Assembly (NCBI RefSeq): GCF_006345805.1
Contig: NC_042997.1
Coordinates: 1,612,001-1,676,000, forward strand
Direction of reading: 5' to 3'
Origin: Octopus sinensis
Lineage: Eukaryota
Length of the DNA: 64,000 nucleotides
Below are positions 53,581 through 64,000 of the stretch, in pieces (the stretch's first letter is position 1; each line of letters begins with the position of its first letter). A model generated the notes under the pieces. It did no database searches. It saw only the letters and a program-made list of their open reading frames with translations, and was not told where the DNA came from. The position numbers were made by a program, and so were the translations under genes.

Positions 53581-55055
53581 CTGAGAATAATTAAGAATTT
53601 CATTGCTTCCCAGTGACGCATCAAGTATTTTCGTAGACGAATCTTTCTGCAAGGCACATATTATTGTGTTTCAATAATATTTATCACTTTCCTGACTATG
53701 CGTGGCCTGCTTCTAATGTGCTAGTTACAAAACCATCTGGATTATCGCTAGCAGGTCGTTGGTCTGAAATCAAGATTGGCGAATGCGTCGATAAAAATTT
53801 TACTAAGTTAATTTGAAATAAAGAATCTTGCGTTAAATCCAAATTCTGACGATATACACGTTCAATAATATAACACCAGATGATTACCATGTATCATATG
53901 ACCTAACTATTTGTAAATCTTGATAGTATAATTTAAAATCTACGTAGTAAACACGAGTTGAAGTGTGTGGAAATGATAAGTTAAATAATTGGCATTCATT
54001 TGAATGTTACTTCCGAAGTCTATGGAGGATATATTGAAACTACCCCCAAATTACTATAATGGATTATATTTAGACAGAAGGGAATGACAAAGCTTCCAGC
54101 TACATATATACCAGGCTCATATCATTATGCTGTAATATCACTTGAAAGGAAACACTGCCTCAATTCAGAGTCTTTCTTTTAGCACCTATTCTCCATATTA
54201 GCATACATCTCAAATTTTAACAAAAGAAAAAAAGGAAAAAAAAGAAACGGAAATGTGAGAAAAATAATTCTAGAGACCTGGTGTTTGTATCTTTACAATT
54301 GCAAAGAAACTGAAAAGCTGTGGCACTTTCTCTGAAAAATAAATCTTATGACGTTTACATATTAAGCAGTTCTCCAGGGGCTAGCGACTTTGTATCTCAA
54401 AATTACTACATAGCACATGATTTTACATAGTCTCTTCACTAGTTGTGCAATTGTTTTACTCTCATAATGATGTTTTGAAGTTTGGCCACCTTCATTATCT
54501 TTGAAATTTATCATTTAAAATTGCGGATCTTGATCAATTATAAGTTTTTATAAATAACAATTCTCCCTTGTTTCGCTCATGATATTGTGTTTCAGATTCG
54601 TATTGCACATCCATCGACTGTTTAAATAGAATTGAACGAATGGGACCAGAGAATCCTCCTGAAATTCTAAATTAAAGACTTTCCTCCAACAACACACTGT
54701 CTGATCACTGTGATGCTACAATATATGCAATACAATATCTACTCACAGCAAGGCTCAATGAATAGATCTTTTGTTTCATAACATATTGCAACTTACAATT
54801 GTTTCCTCACTTGCACGGTTTCTCCATATTTTGTACTCCAAATCAGGATGGTTCCTGTGAATATGTGTTATATATAAATGACGGGGAACTATTTTTTATT
54901 TCTTTGCTTTTCTGTGTTTTTATGCTGCTATTGTCGATGAATTGTTAGTTGATTGTTGATATCACGTAAATAACTTTAATTCATCATTTATCCTTTTGTC
55001 AAACTCACACAACAATAATGATATTATTATTGCATTATTGTTTTATAATATTATA

Positions 55056-55195
55056 CAGGCGTGGCTGTGTGGTGAGAAGTCTGCTTCCATCACACAGTTC
55101 CGGGTTCAGACTTAGTGCGTGGCAATTGGGAAAGTGTCTTCTACTATAGCCTCGGGCCTACCAAAGTATTTTGGCTGGATTTGCCTGTTCCGTTT
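55056..55195 (+). mobile_element. tRNA-derived SINE, 3'-truncated
   Basis: caggcgtggctgtgtggtgagaag..ttccgggttcag..gcgtggca..aagtgtcttctactatagcctcgggcc. Confidence 0.8.
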
Positions 55196-55299
55196 AAACA
55201 GACGTTACTGTAATCTCTAGCAGACGTGGTGCCCAGTACTGAAGATAGGCAGAAAATAGCTCGAAGCCAGTTGCTATACTGATTCCGTCGTTTGGAGGC

Positions 55300-56345
55300 G
55301 GTAGCAGATAGCTCCCTTGTTGAGCAAGGCCTTCGACAATGTTGACAACAGTATACAATGATAGACTCTATCCAATGCTAGTGTACAATGGAAACTATTA
55401 TAGTGTATTAAATATTTTGTGGTGAACAGAATACAGCATGTTGTAATAGAATGGTGTTCGATATAGCTTGGCAAGAGTTATCAGTGGAGTCCCACGTGTC
55501 ACCATATTTCAATATGTACTTCAATTCCATCATTGACGCAATCAAACACAGCAGCATTAGAATTTTCGTGGTTGATTCAAAACTTGTGAAGGTACAGTGA
55601 TGTGGGGGAAAAAACGGGCTAATCTCCAATAGGATCTGCTCGCTGTTATCTAATGGGTAGAAAAACAATATGCTAGTACGCAAGAATAAATTTGAATTAA
55701 TTTACTTCAGTAAAGAGGATGCACTACAGCTGACTTAGACTCTTCCATCGGGCAAAACCCTCGTGGATTCAAACACCGCTAGGGACCTCGGAGTAAATGG
55801 CGTCAATAATTTAAAGTCGACATGGCAAGCAGGTGCTTCTGGATACTTTAGAGCTCCTGCTATTTTCATTCTCTTCTCCACCTTCACCTGCCCTCACCTT
55901 GAATACTTTAGTGAGCTGTGGTCTACCTACACGATGCAAAACACAAACATTGACGCATCCCAGAGATTCATCACAATAGAAATAGACCATATGACTTTCT
56001 TCCCTCCAACCGCATTGTGTGCGCTATATCATTTGTATGATGTGTAAACTATTCCAACAACATTGCCCAGATTATTTTGGCATCAACTTTAAAATACACC
56101 CAAGACTTGGTCTCCGTGTAATTCATCTACAGAAATTCTCGTCGCCTCACATCACAACTGTAAGACAGCAGCATTTCACCTCAACTGGCGCTGCTCTCTT
56201 TAATATCATATGAAGACAGATATGAGAAGAAACATGCCTAATAACATTCGAAAGGTTCCTGCACGAACATTTCCAACAAAGTCCAGTTAAATTACATACA
56301 CCCAGATATGACTCTGCAAATAGTAAATCTTTAATCGAATGTGCT
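55300..56345 (+). mobile_element. CR1/L2-like LINE RT 3' fragment, degenerate
   Basis: LSKAFDNVD..NRIQHVVIE..IKHSSIRIFVVDSKL (cf. FADD)..DLLAVI.W..NNML..KFELI..RDLGV..PHLEYFSELWS..HPRLG..FTSTGAALFNII. Confidence 0.88.
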
Positions 56346-56771
56346 ATGGTGCACACACGCGCAAACTCACACACACATATACTCACACACACAACATACA
56401 CATACAGGCACACACAAACGTTAATCATTAGTGTAGCAAAAGCAAAGAAACCAGGGACTATAAGGAAGTATAACATTAGTTTAAAGAAGAGTGCATAATG
56501 AAAATATGTGTTCCTTAAAGAAGATATTACTGGAAAGGGTCCTTAAAGCATTCATTTAAAAAGTTTTCCAATATACCATCTCACACGTTTGAAGAATGTC
56601 AACGTTTGTAAACATTTCACACCAGCACCGATCACACTCAAACAATTTGATAAATATTGCCAATTATAAAGTCGATTGCACCATATCCATAGGTGTAGAA
56701 ATGCAATCCTGCAAAGCTTACATATGTCACACACAAACATACACACACATACACACGCGCACACACAAAAA

Positions 56772-56809
<38 letters not shown>

Positions 56810-59587
56810 GTATATGTATATGCATACACGGATCACTAGAAGTGTTTTGAACTTATATCGTTTAGTTATATTTTTAAAGGATATTGTTCGGTGATGTTAA
56901 CATCGTTGATGTTCAACAACCAATTTCGTGTAGATGATATTCACATTCGATATTTTTTTTTTATAGAAGGTGTCTCTGTAAAATGATTTATAGATATATT
57001 TATAAACTTGATCTGATCATTGACATTTGTATAATAACTCAGTTGAGAGTGCGTTAGAGCGAGTCGACGCACTGTTTTTCAATTCCGCTTTAGTTTCTTC
57101 TTTTGACGTCAGCTCACTTCATTTATATTTTTAATAACTTAGAAATCTCATGGACATTTCATAATCACATTTTGCTCAAATACCTCATTATTGTATACCT
57201 TCACATTCACAATCTATATTGCTACATTCTGGAAACCAATTACAAGTACGTGCTAAAATAATAAATTCACAACTGAATATATACATTTGATACGTCGTTT
57301 CGCTTATTCTCATGAAATTCACTCCATGATCTATAATGCGCTGATTTCTAGTTACCAAACCTATTGGATACGTTCACAAGTCATCCAACTATAATACATC
57401 GTTTAAGAAACCATTCTGTTTTCATTTTGATTTCTATCACACGTATGCTTATAAATCCTATAATTATTCACTCTAACGTTAGTTGCAAATACACCAAGCC
57501 TAAAGGTAAAGTGTTATGTCGATCCATTTAAAAATCCCAGTCATTCACTTCCACGTGGATGTAATATGCATGTAGACCTGTCACGTCCGCTGAAGTACAC
57601 GAACACAAATATAAACACCAACACAGATATGTATATGTGTATGTATGTTTGTATGCACGTATGTATGTATGTATGTATGTATGCATGTATGTATGCATGT
57701 ATGTATATATGTATGTATATCATTGATTAGTTTTATTTCAAAATTTCTTGCTAATAAATAGCCAGTTTCTAACCTAGATCCAAGGCTCCTTCATTGGAAT
57801 TTCAACATCACTTACAGGGTTTATATGTATTTACGTATGTATGCGTGTATATGCGCAGAAAAAAACTATGTAGATATAATTCTACATTTTATTTTAATGT
57901 CTTGTGTACATGCACATACAAACACGCACATGTCTATATAGCAAATACACGATGACATGTACTATATAACGGGTTTGTAGACTGAGCAGCCATTTTTGTG
58001 AACTACGAGAATTGAAAACAAGTTTGTGTTCTGCTTGTTATCTCCACCTATAAGTTTGTTGCTATGTTATTGTTTGGCTTTGGTTTTGCGGCTTGTCGGG
58101 GATGGGTCATTTCCGGTTTGCATCTGGGACGGGTGTTGTTTTGTCTTGTGACTTGCCGGTCGTGCCTTCTGTCCGTCCGTGTCTCGGAGGACTGCTGTCA
58201 TCCCTGAATATATTTTGGTTGTTTTCTGTTGCTGTGAGCTTTGTATCGATGTGGCCAATTTGTTGCTGCTTTTGTTGTGGTGAGCCGACAAGTTTTTTTT
58301 CTAAGTTAAATTTAAGTATATTTAGTGGTTTTCTTATGTTAACCTGAGATATACACTTATAATAATGTGTCGATAATTGTATATCCATAGGTGGAAGTGC
58401 TTCTGTCTATTTAATATAATATTTTATTGTCAATTGCCTGTGTGCATTTTATAATGTTGAAGCATCAAATTTCAGTATATTCAACATTTTCCCCCATATC
58501 AGACTTGATAAACATGTTAACTGTTTTACTTTTTTTTTTTTGTAGTAAAACTTTAGTTACAAGAAAGGTCTATATCAGGAAGCCAAATATCTGTTAAAAT
58601 ATATCAGAAATCCCCAGAAAATGTCTGTATCAGAAAAATGTATCAGAATGACACAGGAAAATTATGGTTAATTTATTCATGAAATGTATCAGTTTACATT
58701 GCGTTTCGTAGTATGTGAATGTTAAAGGAGGAGTTCGTCTTTAGACCTGTCAGAATATTTTATTATTATCAGAATATAATCTCAGAAAACAAATGGCAGA
58801 AATCCTTGTTCTAATAATTTTGCATTTACGTTTATCTTATTTGTGTAATTTAAACAAAAAATTAGACTACCGCACATTTGCTGTACACACATTTGTGATG
58901 TGGCACGCGTGCACATTGTGACATATGAGTAGAAAATAAATGTTTCCAAAGTTTAAACCATTGCCAATATTTATTGTCACAGTGATGACTGTGACACCAC
59001 CCGCCTAGATTTCTACATGAAACAGCAACAGTGTTTACTCATGGAAAGTAAAGAGAGTGAGCAACAGCTTTGTCCCTGACTAGGCATGGGTACACTGCAT
59101 TTAAAACCATTAAAAGTTTAGCGAACTGATTACTTAAAACTTATCTACGCGCCTCCATTAAATCATTATCGACAATTTTGACAATCGTCAAAATACACTG
59201 TTTGTTAAACATGTCTGTGCCTCTGTGTGTGTGTGAATGTGTGTGTATAAGCACACATACATTCACGCACACACATTGATAGATAGAATCGATATATATA
59301 TATATCCAGTTAATAAGATGTACCTCCAATCTCATTCTTCATACATCTTCCACATTATCAGTCTGTGTTTTGGTGTAATTCATACTACTCGGTCTTGGTA
59401 TATTTTTGGTGTAGTATTCAATCTCTTATGAATTTATATTTTGGTGGTACATGCTTTTATCTCTTTAGAGTGCTTTACTTGACTAGCTGGAAAGTGCCAT
59501 TCTTACCAAATGATTGATAGTTTTCCCATCAGTCATTCCACGTAAAAGAGATAATCCCAGTTGCATCGAATATTATAATATAGAATC

Positions 59588-61290
59588 GTGCATATACGTA
59601 CCTGTTACCAAAAAGTTATGATCAACAGTATCAAATCCAGAACTAATCTCTCAAACGAATTACAAAAACCAAAATCGTCTAGAAACATATCCGTCTTTAC
59701 AGAAAAAATTAAAATCCTATTTGTAGTTGCTAACGATAAATATAACAAGCTCTTACGTGATATTCTGGCTAAAATATAACATACTTTAATGATAAATGTA
59801 GAGATGCCGTCAGAACCTTAAAGATAATTAAGAGAATTGGATGTCTTACTAAACGTAATGTTTATAGGTTGCCAAGCTATAGATTTCAACAGCAGATTCA
59901 TCTCTAAATTAATTAGCCAGTAAGAAGATTTTAAGAGACATAAATGTACGCAGTTCTGTGGAATAAAACATCTTCTGTAATAACTTGACATGATGCTATT
60001 CTCGACTGAATTTTAACCCTCAGTTACCAGACCCTTACTAGATGAATCTTTAGGTTGTTACCGTAGGCTTGGTCCTATCAGTGACCAAGTATTCAATTTA
60101 ATTATGCACGCCCGAAAGACCCTCCTATTTAATAGCGAATCTACTGGTTTGAAAAATAAATTCAGAAGGTGTCTTTGTTATCGCAATGGGATGGTACGAG
60201 TGCGATGATGCGTGAGAAGTGATCGGAATATTTATCCTTGATAAACTTTCAGAAAAATTCTTCACTTACACCATTGACCTTTACCGTGATTATATTTTAG
60301 TTATTTTACAAAATTGCAACAAATATTCCATGGATGTATTCGGTAATGGCCTAAGACTATTACCAATTTAGGTAGCAATATAAAGAATACATTAGCCTAG
60401 CAAATACTAATTTCCTAGTTGATGACCCACATGTGCTTATAAACCGTACAATATACCAAATGAAAAGCTAAGATATATGAATAGAGGGTCATTCCACTCG
60501 CAGTTAGTATTTAAAAACCAAGCCCCGATATGAGCCACAGGATCTGCAGCTTATTTCCTTTTAAACAAATATTTGATTTAAACAGCTGAAATAGCAGATT
60601 TAAGATAAAATTAAATACATGTGTAGCCCTAAACCAGGACATAAACACAAAACAGATGTAGGAAAATTATTTGGCTCCACCTCCCTTCTCCTTATATTAG
60701 AAAACTAAAATCGATATAAATTTATTAATTTTAATAGATAAGTATATGCCACTCAACTCAACCAACATAAGACTAGGTATATATTCAGTAGGAATTAAAT
60801 GAAAATCCGCTATACCTCCGGATCTTCCATGAAGTTAAAAATCACCCATGAAGTCAAACCAGAAAAAAATATGAGGTGTTGCTCAGAATAAAGTATAACA
60901 CTCGATATGACAAGAATGTCAAGTGAAGCATAGAGTGTATAGTGTAGTGAACGCTACAACTATTGAAACCAAGAAGACAGAAAATGGGAGAAAAATACGA
61001 TGGTATGGTTTAAAACCGTTTTAAGTACTACTCAGATATCGCATCCTTTAAACATCCAAAAAGAAGAAAAAAAGAAAACGACAACGGCTCTTGCAAAGTG
61101 AGTCCGCAAACTAATAAAGGAATACCCTATATCATCAAATGGAAAATGCTTGGTAGGTCCAGGCTGTATATCAGAATAACAAAGAGATATGTACTTTGCC
61201 TGAGATTATCTGGTTACAATTCAGGGTTTAACACAATATGCAACTGAACAATAAGACTGAGCTCTTGAGAGAATGCATCAACATGAAGTC
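59588..61290 (+). mobile_element. Degenerate Hydra-clade-like PLE (RT plus C-terminal GIY-YIG)
   Basis: KSSRNISVFTEK..YNKLL; IMHARKTLLFN..AMG..EVIGIFILDKLSEK..IDLYRDY (YRDD-type, 60282-60293); KPYNIPN..; RKIIW..; KWK..CTLCL..LNNKTELLREC. Many stops and frameshifts. Confidence 0.82.
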
Positions 61291-61650
61291 CCATCCACTA
61301 TCGACAACGAAATATAGTAGCATAACCAAAGAACATCAAAGCCCAACCAATACGCATCCATCCTAAAGAACTACCAAATAAATTCTACAACTTTTACAGG
61401 AACATACACATATACGACTCAACTCATAACAATCAGCAATTAATGTGTAACAATTTTAATAGGCTGACGCAGATACTAATCATGAACAAACACAGCATAA
61501 ACAAACAAGCATAAAGTAACTATCCAACCTAGCAATCACTCAACTACAAACGACCAGTATGTGAATAAGTAATTTTCACCAAAATATAAGGGGAGTTATA
61601 CCCCCTGAATCATACCATTCACGTTATTTCTAGTTAATATCAGCATCTTA

Positions 61651-61734
61651 TGTGGGACTGATGAGAAATTCATAAAAAAGTAGACATTAAAAGATTATCG
61701 ACGAATATGAATTTCGAAACCCAGGATACCCGTA
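61651..61734 (+). ncRNA. Type-I hammerhead ribozyme downstream of the Hydra-like PLE
   Basis: TGTGGG(A)|CTGATGA|GAAATTCATA-(31 nt)-TATGAATTTC|GAAA|CCCAGGA|TA^CCCGTA: canonical core, perfect 10-bp stem II, 6-bp stem I with wobbles. Confidence 0.72.
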
Positions 61735-61930
61735 CAGCAGTAGATTATATTAATAACATTTACCTCTAAAGACTATACTGAGCGCATTTCTTTCCCTTTC
61801 GACTTCTCATGGAAAGATATGTTGGTATATGTGTGTGTGTATGATTGTGTGCGTGTGTAATAAATTTATATATGTGTGTATGTATGTGTGTATATATATA
61901 TGTGTGTGCGTGTGTGTGTGTATCTATGTC

Positions 61931-61970
<40 letters not shown>

Positions 61971-62313
61971 CGTGTGTGTGTGTGCGTACGTATATATGCG
62001 TATATTTATGTTTATATCTTAAGGTATTTGATTGTTAACATGTCTCATGATGTTATGTCCTGATCTAGAGTAAAATATAGAAATATAAAGAACCGTTGTT
62101 AACACGCATACACCAGTAATTTAATCTCTCTCTTTCTCTTATTCTCCATTTCTCTCTGTTTCTGCGCTCTTTCCCTTTCATATAAACCGCTTTACATAGT
62201 ATATATTTAAGCAATGTGTTTGTGGATAGTTGAAGGGATAGTTGTGGAACTGAAGAAAGAATAATGACTCTTGAAATATGAATATACACACATTACATAC
62301 ATTTTTCTTTATA

Positions 62314-62879
62314 TTGGTCCGTCCGGAAGGTTCGTGCAGATTTTTTAATGAAAGAAAAAGTTCAATAAATACTTGCCATTATATTTTTAATCAACGAAAT
62401 ATGAACCATTTTGTTGCACAATGCGTCTCCATCTTTCCTTTAACTTGAAAATACCTTCTTCCCAGAATTGAGGTTGTTTCATGGCAGAGAATTCATCAAG
62501 GTATCTTTTTACGTCATCCAAGGAATTGAAACTTTTACCATTATGACTATTCTGCAGAGACCTGAATAAGTGGAAATCCGAAGGAGCAATATCTGGTGAA
62601 TATGGAGGGTGGGGTAACACATCCCTGCCGAGCTGCAGCAATTTTTGTATGGTTCCCAAAGCATCAAGTGCCGAAAATGAACTTTCTTATCTTCCATTTT
62701 AAAGGGTTATAGAATTAACACAGTTTATACGAACATAAACCGTCTTCCGCGAAAAGCTAGCTTAAACTGTGCTCTAATTGGAGGTGCAGTCAAATCCTAT
62801 TTTATGGACTTAAACATGTTCTGAAATATGTCGAAATGTAAGCTACTATAAATCGACACGAACTTTCGGGACAACCTAA
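62314..62879 (-). mobile_element. Internally deleted mariner element
   Basis: TA at 62312-62313 and 62880-62881; imperfect 30-bp TIRs (22/30); transposase start MEDKKVHFRHLMLWE joined directly to the C-terminus GTIQKLLQLG..PHPPYSPDIAPSDFHLF..RWRRIVQQNGSYFVD*. Confidence 0.92.
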
Positions 62880-64000
62880 TAGATCATATTGTCTTCATAG
62901 ATGTATTCGTATACACAATCATTGTAACTTTTAGTGCTGGCTCGAAATTTTATAGAAAATCTTAGACATACACAAAACTGAGTACACCGCACTGCTAACG
63001 GACATGTAAGATACCATATTGACTTGTAAAGGTTTAATATACTCGGAAGTATATTATTATGTTGGGAAGAGAAATACTATGCAGTCGCCATAAATTAATA
63101 TTTAAGCACAAGTTGCCAGAAATGTGTTTGATATGTAAATTGGTCGATCCAATAATGTTACACTGATAAACTTAATGCCTATTTAATCATTGCCTTCATG
63201 GATAGCTGACGGGTTATAAGTCTTCGTTGATATTTGGTGGATTGGATGTGTTACTAATGAAAGAGCAATAACTCTTGAAATATAAATATACACGCACAAC
63301 CTATTTATTCTATTTATTGTTTACATAGACGTATCTGTATACGAAATCTCGTAACTTTATCTGCTGTCTATGAATTCTATACGAAATTAGTAGAAAAACT
63401 TACACATACACACACGCGCGCGCGGGTGGGCACATATATGTGTGTGTATGTGTGTGTGTACACTATGTTCTATATTGTGCGAAAGTGCGATAACTGAATG
63501 ATGGGAAAATATTCATAAATACTAAAAATAATATTATAGAATGAATATCCAGCACATAGTAGTATAAATGTTACTACTGAAAATGATGAGTGTGACAGCT
63601 TAGCCTCTAAACGCTTCTGAAACCTAAAGACATTGCAGCCAAGGAAATGCGGTGTCAGGTATTTAATAAATCCATTGTTGTGGTCAGAGGAAACGATTGT
63701 GAGGATATGGTTATTATAAAATAGGGATAGAGAGGAGACCCGGAGCAATAAAAGTAAGTTTACAGACTTTACATGTCATCAGATTTTTGGTTTACATTAA
63801 AACTAAAAGAACTGTAGATCATTTGTATACACGAACACACACACGCACACACACACACACACACACACATACACAAATAGACAGACATATTTATTATGTC
63901 GGTATGTGTGCATACATACACGTACAAATACTGTACATCTGCGTTCGTCTTGACAAAATGCATAGGCTCTTACGTAGATATGGAGAATGTGGTCTTATTT

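Overview
AT-rich, microsatellite-dense eukaryotic genomic DNA. It most likely comes from an octopus or another coleoid cephalopod, inferred from the recognisable tRNA-derived SINE families and the repeat landscape. I find no confidently supportable host protein-coding gene, rRNA, tRNA gene or CRISPR array, so the window is probably intronic or intergenic. It is mostly decayed mobile elements: (i) at least four Penelope-like element (PLE) remnants (RT and/or GIY-YIG endonuclease; Neptune-like, Poseidon/Neptune-like and Hydra-like); (ii) three mariner elements; (iii) RTE, CR1/L2-like and R4/Dong-like LINE fragments; (iv) a non-autonomous Helitron and a putative MITE; (v) about 12 SINE copies. 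The most interesting signal is non-coding. Several minimal type-I hammerhead ribozyme (HHR) motifs can be folded by hand (18.1 kb, 26.1 kb, 34.1 kb, 39.0 kb, 61.7 kb, plus degenerate ones). Most lie in short microsatellite-flanked elements, and five long inverted repeats (arms about 94-207 bp) fall between 25.7 and 49.7 kb. One short copy (32078-32173) starts within 2 nt of the predicted self-cleavage site of its full-length relative (18039-18256), as expected if a self-cleaved RNA was retrotransposed. All alignments and folds were done by eye; no database searches were run.
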